Made by a program: the position numbers and the translations under genes. A stretch of DNA of 64,000 nucleotides from an uncultured Verrucomicrobiae bacterium (GTDB lineage Bacteria > Verrucomicrobiota > Verrucomicrobiia > Chthoniobacterales > Chthoniobacteraceae), in NCBI GenBank assembly GCA_963836755.1, contig CAWIKF010000001.1:1-64000 (forward strand), written 5' to 3'. Numbering within the stretch: position 1 is the stretch's first letter; every line of letters begins with the position of its first letter. This document shows positions 19,253-29,628 of this stretch, piece after piece. Below the pieces are notes generated by a model that ran no database searches, was not told the origin of the DNA, and was given only the letters and a program-made list of their open reading frames with translations.

Positions 19253-22200
19253 ATGCCTCAATATCTCGCCAAACTCGAGCAAGTCGGAAAAACGATCATT
19301 CGCTGGAAAGCCGAGCTGCAGCTAACGCTCGGGCTCGCGATCATCGGCGGATGGATCTGGGCGCTCGGCCTCGTCGATCTTTGGCTGCGGCTTGATCGGA
19401 CGGATCGGCTGGTCGCGTGGATGGTGCTTCTCGCGCTCGTCGGGGCGACGGCGTGGCTCGTGCGCGCCGCGCTGCGCATCCGGTTTAGTCCGGAGGCGGT
19501 GGCGGCTACGGTCGAGAAAACTTTTCCGCAACTCGACAATCACCTGATTAACTTCCTGCAGCTCGCGCGGAATCCCGAGGGCGATCCTTTCAAGGCCGCT
19601 TACGTCCGCGCCGGCGTGCCCGAATGGCAGGCGCTCGATTTTAAAAAATTGCGCGATGAAAAAGCGCATCGCCGCAGTCGGATCATGCTCTCCGTCGCGG
19701 CCGGGCTGCTGCTGCTGCCCGCGCTCTTTTTCGGCCACGCGTGGGCTGTCGCGCTGTGGCGGACGGTGAATCCTTTTTCGACGATCGAGCCGCCGAGTCT
19801 CACGAAAATCCTCGATGTGCATCCGGGAAATTCATCAGCCGTGCAAGGCGAGCCACTCGTGCTGAGCTGCAGCGTGAAAGGTTTTGAAGGCCACGAGGTG
19901 CAGGTGGAAATCGCGCCGAACGACGCGCAGAAAACCATTTATTCGATCGGCCGCATCCATGGCAGCGCGCAGCAGGAGTTCAGCTATCGGCTGGCGAAAG
20001 TCACCACTGGCTTGAGCTATCGTTTTCACGCCGGCGATGCTCCGAACTCGGCTTGGTTCAAGATCGCGACGCGTCCGCCGCCGGCGCTCACCGCCATCCA
20101 AATGGTCATCGTGCCGCCGGCTTACACGAAGTTCCCTGCTAAAACCGTCAATCCGCGCGAAGGCCGGCTGACGATTATGGCCGGCGCGGAGTTGCAACTG
20201 ACCGCGACTTCGAACGCGCCGCTTGCGCATTTCACCGTGTCCGGCATCGGCGGCGATGCGACGAACTTTGCCACCGCTGGACAGCCCACCTCGTGGAAAG
20301 GAACAGCGAAAGTCATCTCCGGCACCTCACTCATTTTCAAAGGTGAGGACGCTTTCGGCAGCTCGTTCACCGAGGAAATTCCGTTCACGCTCGATCCCGA
20401 TAAACCGCCGGGCATCGAGATTGTCTCGCCGAAGGGCACCGCTATTTTGCCGCCGGGCGAGCGCGCGCAAATCACGTTCGAGGTGGGAGATGACTTCGGC
20501 GTATCCGAGGTCGCGATCGAACAGGTGACGTCAGACGCAACGAAGGAAGACAAGGGGACGCCGGTGGCCGCGTGGAAAGTCGATGGGCATCGCGACTTTC
20601 ATCAAGTTTGGAAAAGCGACACCGTGCCGGAACGCCGTGGAAGCGACATTGCCTATCGCATCGTCGCGCGTGACAACCGCCCCGGAAAGCCTAACGAATC
20701 GATTTCGGCGAACGTGATTTTCAAAACGCCGACGCTCGCGGATCTGGCAAAGGAGCGCAACGAATTGGAAAAAGCGGCGCTGGCGAATTTACAGAAAATT
20801 CTCGAGCTGCAAAAACACAATCTCGCCGACACGACCCACTTTCAGGAGACGTTGAAATCGACGGCCGACAGCTTGTGGAAAGGCGCGGCAGACCAGCAGG
20901 AGCAGATTCGGAATTTGATGCACGATCTGCTCGCGAATCCTTTGAAACCGCTGGGCGGGTTGACTGCTGCGGCGCAGCAACTTTACGTCAATGAAATGGT
21001 GCTGGCCGTCGACTCGCTCAAGTCCGTTCCGACGGCAGACGCGGATCGAAAGGCGACGCTGGCGGGAGAAGCGGTGCGGCTCGAAACGAAAATTTTACAG
21101 CAACTGAGCTTTGCGATTGCGGCTGCGGGGGAGGCAAAAATCGGCCGCAGCATGGACGGTCTGAGCGCGATGCTCGACGCGCTTTTGCACGGTCAGGGCG
21201 ATGCGCTCAAGCAGACGCATAGTTTTGTCGACAGCAAAACCAAAGTCTCGCGGCCGGTCGTGGACGCGCAGGACCGGCTCGGCAGCGACATGGCGGCGTT
21301 TTTGACGGCATGCAAAGATCAGTCCGCACAGACCGGGCAGACCGATGCGGCATTGGGCGAGACCATCAACAAAATGATCGCGCGCGCCGGAGAATTGAAG
21401 ATCCGCAGCAACATGGTGATCGCGGCGGATCGGCTAGACCAAAATAAAACGGCCGAAGCCGTGCCGCTCCAGGAAAGTGCGATGAGCGGTTTGAAAACGC
21501 TGCAGGCGATGCTTGACCAAATCAAGCTGCAAGGCGAATCCGAAAACCGGACTGCGATGCTCGATGCCGTCCGGCAGGCAAAGGAAAAGCTGGCGAAACT
21601 TCAGGCGCTTAATGAAAAAATGAAAGCCGCGATGGAGCAGGTCAAAGCGCAGAAAAACAAAGACGACAAAGCCACCGACGAGATGGATGACGACTTCTCG
21701 GAAATGCAGAAAAATACGAAAGACGCGCTGCTCCAGATCCCAACCGACCTCCACATTTTCACCGATCTCAATGTGGCGAACGATCTCGTCGAAGATGTTT
21801 TTTCCGTCTTTCAGGAGATCGAGCAAAAAGCCGGCACCGACAAGGAAAAGGCCGATAAAGTCACTGAGAGCGGCTTCGCGAAAGAAGACGAATTACTAGC
21901 GCAAATGGGTGAGGCTTCCAAGCGGCTCGATGCGATGGAAACCTGGTTGGGTGAAACGCCGGACGATACGAAAGTCACTACCGAGGCGCACGATCAGGCT
22001 GAAATGCCACAATCCGGAATCGCTCTCGCCGCGCTGGCTGCGGCCGCGCAGGACCTCGTCGGCGACTTGCTGAAAGAGGACAAAAAAATGGCCGACAAAG
22101 CCGACGACAGCGCGACCAACCACGCGATGCCGGATCCCGCGGCAGGTCAAAACGTCATGGAAGGCGACATCGCATCATTCGGCGCACAAGGAAAATCAGG

Positions 22201-22831
22201 CAACCAAGCTCCCGATCACAAAGAGCAGGACGGGCGCTCAAACGTCGGCCGCCAAGGAATGTCGAATGGTGAGACCGCCGCGAGCTCCGGCACGATTGGC
22301 GAGGGCGACAAAAATATTGAAGCGCGCAGAACGCAGGACCCGATGCAAAGTGGAAAAGTTGACCTCTCCGGCAAGGCCGATACCAAAGCGACGGGCGGCG
22401 GCAAGCTCGGCAGCGGCAAGGCCGACGGCATGGGCATGAGCGGCGGAGCTGAGCGTGTGGACTCGAAGGAGCCGGGTTCGGCCGAAGGAATGGCGGCGTT
22501 AATGGCACGCCAGGCAGACGCTATTTATGCGAAAGCTTCGCTGAAAAATATCCGGGTTGAATCGCTCAAGGATGCCGCGCACGAGTTGCATCAATCCGCC
22601 GATGCGATCGCCAAAGGTGACATCCAGCAGATGCGCGAGTTCCGCAAGGATGCGATCACTTCGCTCACGCGCGCGCAGGCGAATCTCGCGGCGGGACCCT
22701 CGGGAGTCGTCGAAGCAAAAGGCTCGACCGGTGCGCTAGACAACGTGCTCGAGAGCGGCCCGGACCAGGCGCCGCCGAAGTATCGCGACAAAGTTTCCGA
22801 GTATTACAAAGCGCTCAATGGCGCTCTGTAA
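19253..22831 (+). CDS. DUF4175-like membrane-anchored coiled-coil protein
   Basis: TM N-terminus, VEKTFPQLDNHL, PPAYT, DKPP, DDFGV, long coiled coil, C-terminal APPKYRDKVSEYYKAL. Confidence 0.75.
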   Translation: MPQYLAKLEQVGKTIIRWKAELQLTLGLAIIGGWIWALGLVDLWLRLDRTDRLVAWMVLLALVGATAWLVRAALRIRFSPEAVAATVEKTFPQLDNHLINFLQLARNPEGDPFKAAYVRAGVPEWQALDFKKLRDEKAHRRSRIMLSVAAGLLLLPALFFGHAWAVALWRTVNPFSTIEPPSLTKILDVHPGNSSAVQGEPLVLSCSVKGFEGHEVQVEIAPNDAQKTIYSIGRIHGSAQQEFSYRLAKVTTGLSYRFHAGDAPNSAWFKIATRPPPALTAIQMVIVPPAYTKFPAKTVNPREGRLTIMAGAELQLTATSNAPLAHFTVSGIGGDATNFATAGQPTSWKGTAKVISGTSLIFKGEDAFGSSFTEEIPFTLDPDKPPGIEIVSPKGTAILPPGERAQITFEVGDDFGVSEVAIEQVTSDATKEDKGTPVAAWKVDGHRDFHQVWKSDTVPERRGSDIAYRIVARDNRPGKPNESISANVIFKTPTLADLAKERNELEKAALANLQKILELQKHNLADTTHFQETLKSTADSLWKGAADQQEQIRNLMHDLLANPLKPLGGLTAAAQQLYVNEMVLAVDSLKSVPTADADRKATLAGEAVRLETKILQQLSFAIAAAGEAKIGRSMDGLSAMLDALLHGQGDALKQTHSFVDSKTKVSRPVVDAQDRLGSDMAAFLTACKDQSAQTGQTDAALGETINKMIARAGELKIRSNMVIAADRLDQNKTAEAVPLQESAMSGLKTLQAMLDQIKLQGESENRTAMLDAVRQAKEKLAKLQALNEKMKAAMEQVKAQKNKDDKATDEMDDDFSEMQKNTKDALLQIPTDLHIFTDLNVANDLVEDVFSVFQEIEQKAGTDKEKADKVTESGFAKEDELLAQMGEASKRLDAMETWLGETPDDTKVTTEAHDQAEMPQSGIALAALAAAAQDLVGDLLKEDKKMADKADDSATNHAMPDPAAGQNVMEGDIASFGAQGKSGNQAPDHKEQDGRSNVGRQGMSNGETAASSGTIGEGDKNIEARRTQDPMQSGKVDLSGKADTKATGGGKLGSGKADGMGMSGGAERVDSKEPGSAEGMAALMARQADAIYAKASLKNIRVESLKDAAHELHQSADAIAKGDIQQMREFRKDAITSLTRAQANLAAGPSGVVEAKGSTGALDNVLESGPDQAPPKYRDKVSEYYKALNGAL

Positions 22832-23678
22832 AAGCGCCGCCGTCTTCGCGCTCGCCCTCAGCCTCATTGGCTGCAACCGGCCTCGCGAGCCGGAAAAAAT
22901 CCGGCAACTCAACGAAATCCCGATCGCGCAGTTGCGCGTCCTTTTGAAAGGCTATCCCGGCGCATGGCAGCCGGACAGCGACCGCACGCACGAGAAACCC
23001 GAGCCGCCCGCGGAGGATCCAATACCGCCCGGCGCAAAAACGATCGCGCTCGTTCCTGCGGAAAAGATCCATCTTGGCGACATGTCCGTGCACGAAGCGA
23101 TCGCGGCGCGCCGCAGCGTCCGCGATTTTTCCGACGCAGCGCTCTCGCTCGAGGAGTTGAGTTATTTGCTCTGGGCCACGCAAGGAATCACTGCCGTGCA
23201 GCGTGATGACACGGGCGCGATCATCGAGCAATTCCGCGCCGCTCCCTCGGGTGGCGCGCGGTATCCGCTGGAGACTTATCTCGCGGTTACTCGCGTGACG
23301 GGATTGGCGCCGGGCATTTATCGTTTTCTGCCGATTGAAAACAAGCTCGTCACCGTTCGCGAAGACGCGCAAATCTCCGCGAAGCTGCAGGCCGCGTGCT
23401 ACGACACGCCCATGGTCAGCGGCGCGGCGGTCGTGTTCATCTGGGCTGCGGTGCCTTATCGCACCGAATGGAAATACACCTACCTCGCGCACCGCATGAT
23501 CGCAATGGAAGCCGGTCACGTTTGCGAAAATCTGTATCTCGCCTCGCAGTCGTGCGGCCTCGGCTGCTGCGCAATGCTTTCCTACGACCAGCCTCACGTC
23601 GATGCATTGCTAGGCGTCGATGGCGAGGAAGAGTTCGCGCTTTATCTCGCCTGCGTCGGAAAACCCAAAGCCGAGTAG
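22818..23678 (+). CDS. SagB/ThcOx-type FMN dehydrogenase (nitroreductase fold) with lipoprotein signal
   Basis: RRSVRDF, LSYLLWATQG, RAAPSGGARYPLETY, EAGHVCENLYL, LLGVDGEEEF; lipobox LIGC. Confidence 0.9.
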   Translation: MALCKSAAVFALALSLIGCNRPREPEKIRQLNEIPIAQLRVLLKGYPGAWQPDSDRTHEKPEPPAEDPIPPGAKTIALVPAEKIHLGDMSVHEAIAARRSVRDFSDAALSLEELSYLLWATQGITAVQRDDTGAIIEQFRAAPSGGARYPLETYLAVTRVTGLAPGIYRFLPIENKLVTVREDAQISAKLQAACYDTPMVSGAAVVFIWAAVPYRTEWKYTYLAHRMIAMEAGHVCENLYLASQSCGLGCCAMLSYDQPHVDALLGVDGEEEFALYLACVGKPKAE

Positions 23679-23682
23679 CCGC

Positions 23683-25947
23683 ATGGAGATTCCAGCCTAC
23701 CAGCCATTTTATTTGCACACGCTCGAGGAACTTCGCGATGAGATCTCGCGGCTCGGGCTCTCGATTCCGCTGCAGCGAGACCTCACGCCGCTCGCGCAGC
23801 CGTTGCAGATCCGAAAAAAGAAAATCGCGAATCGTTTTTGCGCGCAGCCGATTGCCGGCGGCGACGCCGATGCCGGTGGAGCGCCGGGCGCGTTGACGCG
23901 CCGGCGTTATCTTCGTTACGCGCAAGGTCGCTTCGGGCTGATCTGGATCGAGATGACCACGGCCGGATCGAGTGAAAAGCCGCGTGAACTTTGTCTAAAC
24001 AAAGAAACTTTGTCGGCATTTCGCGCGATGGTTCAGGAAATGCGCGCGTCGGCTGCGGATGAATTGACGCTCATCATTCAATGCACATCGCCAGAGCCGG
24101 CGGCGCTTGTCGATGCGGCGATGCTCGCAGCGGAAGCCGGTTTCGATGGCGTCGATTTTCAATGCCCGCGCGACGCGCTCGCTGACGTGCTCGTCGCCGC
24201 GCAAAAGCAGACGCCGCAATTGTTGCTTGCCGCGCGGCTTTGCGTTTTCGACGCGGTGCGAAGCGGCTTTGGCGTTTCCGCGAATGATTTTCGTGAGCCC
24301 GATTTGACCGAGCCGATTCGCCTTGCGGAAAAGTTGCGCGAGAGCGGGCTCGCGCTGTTGAACATCACCGCTTTCAGTCCCCGTTTGCGCGGACCGGAGC
24401 GCGGCGTGCAGGCGCGACGCGATTCGGAAAATCCTGACGAGCATCCGCTGACGACGCTCGCCCGCCAACTCAAACTGGCGCGCACTTTTCGCGAGGCTCT
24501 GCCGGGTTTGCCAATCGTCGGAAGCGGTTTCAGTTGGTTGCGAAATTTTGTGCCGGAGGTCGCCGCCGGAGCATTGCGCGATGGGATGATCGACTTCGCC
24601 GGCCTCGGCCGCGCCGCCCTCGCGTATCCATCTTTGCCGGCGGAAACTTTGACGCGCGGCGAGATAAATGCAGGCGCCGCGTGCATGGTTTGCTTCGCCT
24701 GCTCGCAACTGCGCGATGAAGGCGAGAGCGTCGGATGCGTGCTGCGCGATCCCGAAATTTACGGGCCGATTTATCGGCAGATGCGCCGCTTCGATGCCGA
24801 TCAACTCCTCGCCGGCGCCGCGCGCTGCCATCTCTGCGAAGCCGCGCCGTGCGTGGCCGCGTCGCCCACTCGCACGGACATTCCCGGGTTTATCGCAGCC
24901 TTCAGAAATGGCGACGAAGCGCGCGCTTTCGAGATCATCCGCGCGCGCGATCCGCTGCCAGAAATGACGTCGCGCATTCTTCCTGCGTGGCTCGAATGCG
25001 AAGGCGCGTGCATTGAAACGACGCTGACCGGCACGCCGGTGCCAATCGTCGATTTGCAATACGCGATCGCGTGGCGCGCGCGCGAACGCGGCGCCGCGGG
25101 TGCGCGCATCCCGCAGAAATCGACTGGGAAAAAAGTTGCCGTGATTGGCGGCGGCCCGTCGGGAATTGCGGCTGCGATTCGGCTCGTCGAACTCGGCCAC
25201 GAAGTCGATCTTTATGAACAGACGGAGCGGCTCGGCGGTGTGCCGACGCGCCTGCTCGCGGCGAATCGGCAATGGAATCAGCGCGCGGAAATTGACGCGA
25301 CTTTGCAGCCACCGATCGCGGCGCAACGGCTTCGGATTCATTTCGGAATGACGCTCGGGAAAAATCTCGAACTCGAGAATTTGCGCGAGAACTTTGACGC
25401 CACTTTGATCGCAGTTGGCCTTTGGCAGGAACTTTCGCTTGGTTCGGCGTGCGGCGTTTTGAGCGCGCTCACTTTTCTCGAATCGGCGGATATTTCCGCG
25501 CCGGCACGCGTTGCGATTTTAGCCGGCGGCGATGCCGCCATGGATGCCGCGCGCGCGGCGCAAAGTCGCGGTGCGCGTGAAATTTTTGTGATCTTCGGCG
25601 GTCCTCGCTCGGCGATGCATTGGCATTTGCCGGAGAGTTGGTTCGCGACGCCGGGCGTGCAGGCGATGATGAATTGGCAGCCGCTCGGATATGAACTGGA
25701 TGGCGAAAAATTGCGCGGCGTGCGCTTGCGTCACGTGGAATTCGGCGTCGAAACTTTGCTGCCGGTGGACCTCGCGGTTGAGGCGATGGAATTGCAGGTT
25801 GCCGATCATGTGCGCGAATTTCTTTTCACCAAAAGCGCGCGCGTTTATACCGCCGGAGCGGCCGTGAATGGCGGTGCGTCGGTCAGCCGTTGCGTCGCCG
25901 AAGGGCTCACCGCGGCCGATGCGATTCACGCGGACATTTTTCCATGA
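23683..25947 (+). CDS. Fusion of old-yellow-enzyme-like TIM barrel and GltD/PreT-like Fe-S FAD oxidoreductase
   Basis: IANRFCAQP, AAEAGFDGVD, GLGRAALAYP, CMVCFAC; then RCHLCEAAPC, CEGAC, VAVIGGGPSG, AGGDAAMDAA. Confidence 0.82.
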   Translation: MEIPAYQPFYLHTLEELRDEISRLGLSIPLQRDLTPLAQPLQIRKKKIANRFCAQPIAGGDADAGGAPGALTRRRYLRYAQGRFGLIWIEMTTAGSSEKPRELCLNKETLSAFRAMVQEMRASAADELTLIIQCTSPEPAALVDAAMLAAEAGFDGVDFQCPRDALADVLVAAQKQTPQLLLAARLCVFDAVRSGFGVSANDFREPDLTEPIRLAEKLRESGLALLNITAFSPRLRGPERGVQARRDSENPDEHPLTTLARQLKLARTFREALPGLPIVGSGFSWLRNFVPEVAAGALRDGMIDFAGLGRAALAYPSLPAETLTRGEINAGAACMVCFACSQLRDEGESVGCVLRDPEIYGPIYRQMRRFDADQLLAGAARCHLCEAAPCVAASPTRTDIPGFIAAFRNGDEARAFEIIRARDPLPEMTSRILPAWLECEGACIETTLTGTPVPIVDLQYAIAWRARERGAAGARIPQKSTGKKVAVIGGGPSGIAAAIRLVELGHEVDLYEQTERLGGVPTRLLAANRQWNQRAEIDATLQPPIAAQRLRIHFGMTLGKNLELENLRENFDATLIAVGLWQELSLGSACGVLSALTFLESADISAPARVAILAGGDAAMDAARAAQSRGAREIFVIFGGPRSAMHWHLPESWFATPGVQAMMNWQPLGYELDGEKLRGVRLRHVEFGVETLLPVDLAVEAMELQVADHVREFLFTKSARVYTAGAAVNGGASVSRCVAEGLTAADAIHADIFP

Positions 25948-27204
25948 AACTCCAATCCCGTATCAAGCTCGCGCACGACCGTTGCGTGCCGCCTGCCGAA
26001 ACGATCGCGCGGCTCGACGCGCTGATCCGCCCGCATCACGATTATTGGCTGCACGAGGAGACGGTCGCGGAGCATTTGCACTGGACGGCGATGTTCATCG
26101 AGGGTCTTGATTTTCGCTCCATGGGAAAAGGCGTGGATCTCGCGTCGAGCACGGCGGGAGCGCTGGCCGAGGGCGCGGAATGGCTCGCGTCGCGCGAGAC
26201 GGGAAAGCTGCCCGGCTATCTCGGCGCGTGGGAGCACGAGGTGCCGGACGCGCTGCCGATCGCGTCACTGCTCGGCCACGTCGCGAGTGCGACGCCGCCG
26301 GTGCTGGAGCGAATCCGCGCGCTCGATGAGGCGTATCATTGGGTCGATGGCTGGTCGTTGATCGACGAGCGCGCGCTGAAAGTTCCGCTCGAATATATCG
26401 GCTTGATCAGCGGCCCGAACGGCAAGGCGACCGGCAATAATCTCGAAGAGGCGATCATTCACGCGACGTCACGAAATTTTCGAGCGCCGCGCCCACATCA
26501 CGGTTCTGCGCAATCGGATGGTTGTCCCGACGATCGATCCGGCGACGGTTGCGCATCCGATCGTTCGCGCGCAGATGGAATTTTTTCGAAGCAAAGGCAT
26601 CGAGATCATTTTGAAAGATTTGTCCTTTGACGGTGTGCTGCCGTGCCTCGCGGCTTACTTCGTCGATCATAACATTCCGGAAGAATTTCAGTTCCGGCAT
26701 TTCTTCAAAGTCGGCGCGTCCTTTGACCGCGAGGAGGCGCTGCTTCGGATTTTCACCGAATACGCGCAGGGCCGCCGGCAGCATGAATTCATCACTGCCG
26801 AAACTCCGGATCGCGAGGGGGAACTTGCGAAGCTGCTCGCGCACGATTTTCGCAGCCTGCCGAGTCAGCCGGATGACTGCGACAATTTCATGTCGACGTT
26901 CATGTTCGGGTTTGTGCCGTATCGGAACGCCGATTTTTTCCGCGCAGGCAAAGTTGTTCCTTTCGAAAAAGGGGAGCGAAATGCCGACTGCCTCGACGAC
27001 ATCGAACAGGCGCGGGAAATCTGCGCGACGCTCGGCAAAGATTACATCGCGGTCGATTTGACGGATCCCGAATTCGGCTTTGCGGTGGCGCAGGTCATCA
27101 TCCCCGGTTACTCGGACGTGCTTCCATTTCATCCCGCCGAGAGCCGCGGACTTTTCGAACGCTGGACGCGCACCGAGGTGCTCAATTCCTACGCGAAAAC
27201 CTAA
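25944..27204 (+). CDS. YcaO-family protein, frameshifted near 26469
   Basis: SMGKG, NGKATGNNLEEA, and after removing one base HEIFERRA; C-terminal IIPGYSDVLP. ATGA overlap with the upstream gene. Confidence 0.85.
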
Positions 27205-27255
27205 GCTCGTTTACAGAACTGCTCGCGAAGCCATAATGAATTTCCTCAAAACCTT

Positions 27256-28917
27256 ATGAAAATCCCCCTTCGTTTTCCGACCCTATCCACGTCGCTCGCC
27301 GCCCTTTGCCTTTGCACTTTTTCTGCGAACGCCGACGTAAAACTTCCCGCGATTTTCGGCGATCACATGGTGCTCCAGCAGGAGGCGACTTTGCCGGTCT
27401 GGGGCTGGGCAGCTCCCGGTGAAAAAGTCACCGTCAGCTTCGAAAAATCAAAAGCCGAAGCGACAGCGGATGCCGATGGAAAATGGCGCGCTGATCTCGC
27501 GCCGATTCCCGCCGGAACGGCAGCGGGCAAGCTCGTCGTCGCCGGCAAAAATACAATCACTCTCGACGACGTGCTCGTCGGCGACGTCTGGCTTTGCTCC
27601 GGTCAATCGAACATGGAATTTCGGATCGGCAGAGATGCCACCAAAGCGAAGGACGACCAGATCCGGCTCTTCCACGTGGCGCATCAGCTCGCAATTGCGC
27701 CGCGCACCGACGTGGTCGGAAAATGGGAGGTGTGCAGTCCCGAAACGGCGGGCGATTTCAGCGCTGTCGGCTACTACTTTGGAAAAGATCTCCGCGCGGA
27801 TTTGCACCGGCCGATCGGCCTCATCGAATCCTCCTGGGGCGGCACCGGCGCGCAGGAGTGGACGGATCTGCCGACGCTCGAGGCGAATCCGAAGCTGCGG
27901 CATTACGCGGAGACGATGCAGAAAATCAACGCGCAGTTTCCGCAAGGCGACGCAGACTACGCAGAGAAGATCGCGGCCAGCGACAAAGCGGCGAATGAGT
28001 GGAAAGCAAAAATCGCCGCCGACACTGCCTATCAATCGGCTTTGAAAGATTGGCAAGCCGCCGCCGCGAAGGCAAAGGCCGACGGTCAGCCGACTCCCGC
28101 GCAGCCGAAGCCGCCGACTCCGCCGCCCAGCTCCAAAACACCCGGCCGCGGCAATCCAACTTTGATTTTCAACGGCATGATCGCGCCGTTGGTGCCGTTC
28201 GCGATGAAAGGCGTCATCTGGTATCAGGGCGAAAACAACGCAAATAACAGCTTCAATGCGCAGGAATATCGCACGCTTTTTCCGGCGATGATCGAGGATT
28301 GGCGGAAGCTCTGGCATGAGGAAAAACTTCCGTTCCTCTTCGTCCAGCTCGCGAACTTTGAATCGCACACCAACGCGTGGGCCGAGCTTCGCGAGGCGCA
28401 GCTTAAAACTTTGTCGCTGCCGAAGACGGGCATGGCAGTGATCATCGACATCGGCACGGGGGACAACATCCATCCGCCGGACAAAGCCGATGTCGGCGAG
28501 CGCCTTTCGCTCGCCGCGCGCCACATCGTCTACGGCGAAAATCTTGCCTACACGGGGCCGATTTTTGACTCCATGAAAGTTGAGGACGGGAAAGTCCGCA
28601 TCTCTTTCAAACCCGATTCCATCGGCGGCGGCCTTATCATTGGAAAGACGCCGTGGCAGGATCCAAAGGCGAAGCCGCTTTCGACCACGGAGGTCGAAGG
28701 CTTCGCGATTGCCGGCGCGGATCAAAAGTGGGTGAAGGCGGACGCGAAGATCGAGGGCGATCACGTCGTCGTTTCGAGTCCGGAAGTCGCGCATCCCACC
28801 GCGGTTCGCTACGGCTGGGCCGATAATCCGCGCTGCAATCTTTACAACAAAGAAGGCCTGCCGGCATCGCCCTTCCGGACGGACGAAGAGGAATCTTCAA
28901 AAGCTGCGGCAAAGTAG
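27256..28917 (+). CDS. Sialate O-acetylesterase family protein
   Basis: FGDHMVLQQ, GDVWLCSGQSNME, WGGT, GVIWYQGE, NIHP, PASPFRTD; signal peptide. Confidence 0.92.
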   Translation: MKIPLRFPTLSTSLAALCLCTFSANADVKLPAIFGDHMVLQQEATLPVWGWAAPGEKVTVSFEKSKAEATADADGKWRADLAPIPAGTAAGKLVVAGKNTITLDDVLVGDVWLCSGQSNMEFRIGRDATKAKDDQIRLFHVAHQLAIAPRTDVVGKWEVCSPETAGDFSAVGYYFGKDLRADLHRPIGLIESSWGGTGAQEWTDLPTLEANPKLRHYAETMQKINAQFPQGDADYAEKIAASDKAANEWKAKIAADTAYQSALKDWQAAAAKAKADGQPTPAQPKPPTPPPSSKTPGRGNPTLIFNGMIAPLVPFAMKGVIWYQGENNANNSFNAQEYRTLFPAMIEDWRKLWHEEKLPFLFVQLANFESHTNAWAELREAQLKTLSLPKTGMAVIIDIGTGDNIHPPDKADVGERLSLAARHIVYGENLAYTGPIFDSMKVEDGKVRISFKPDSIGGGLIIGKTPWQDPKAKPLSTTEVEGFAIAGADQKWVKADAKIEGDHVVVSSPEVAHPTAVRYGWADNPRCNLYNKEGLPASPFRTDEEESSKAAAK

Positions 28918-28941
28918 ATTTCGCGCCATTCGAAACGAGCC

Positions 28942-29616
28942 ATGACCCAGCCGTTGTTTGAAAAAGGAACGCGTCTGCTTTTCCAGGGCGACTCGATCAC
29001 CGACATGGGGCGCGGGCGCACCGAAGATCCAAATCATCTTCTCGGCCACGGTTACGCGTTCCTGATCGCCGCGCGCGAGGCCGCCGATTTCCCAGCGCGA
29101 AATCTCACGGTGCTCAACCGCGGCATCAGCGGGAACACCTCGGCCGATCTCGCGGCTCGCTGGAAAGCGGATACGCTCGACCTTGATGCCGATGTGCTGA
29201 GCGTCCTCATCGGAACCAATGACCTCGGGCAAAACTTTCGAAAAGATTTGCCATTTTCCATCGAGGATTATGAAGCGACTTTTCGGCGTTTGTTAACCGA
29301 CGCGACTGCCGCACGGCCTGATCTCAAGCTGATCCTCGGCGAGCCGTTCATCGGACTTGGAAAGGAAACTTTAACGCGTTTCGATGAACGAAAAGCTGCG
29401 ATGCGCTCGATGCGCGATGTGGTTTCGCAGCTGGCCGACGATTTCCACGCGCCGGTCGTCCATTACCAAATGATGTTCGACGCCGCAGCCGAGCGCGCGC
29501 CGATGGAGTATTGGATCTGGGATGGAATTCACCCGACCTTTGCCGGGCATCGGCTGATGGCCGATGAATGGAAGCAAAGTTACGCGGCCTTTTACGGATC
29601 GCCGGCTGCGGAGTAA
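28942..29616 (+). CDS. SGNH/GDSL hydrolase
   Basis: FQGDSITD, NRGISG, GTND, DGIHP. Confidence 0.92.
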   Translation: MTQPLFEKGTRLLFQGDSITDMGRGRTEDPNHLLGHGYAFLIAAREAADFPARNLTVLNRGISGNTSADLAARWKADTLDLDADVLSVLIGTNDLGQNFRKDLPFSIEDYEATFRRLLTDATAARPDLKLILGEPFIGLGKETLTRFDERKAAMRSMRDVVSQLADDFHAPVVHYQMMFDAAAERAPMEYWIWDGIHPTFAGHRLMADEWKQSYAAFYGSPAAE

Positions 29617-29628
29617 AAGCCCGCGGCG

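Noticed and set aside
26460..26480. YcaO as two separate genes
   Set aside because: The break falls inside the conserved E-x-x-ER motif and removing one base restores HEIFERRA; most likely a read error.
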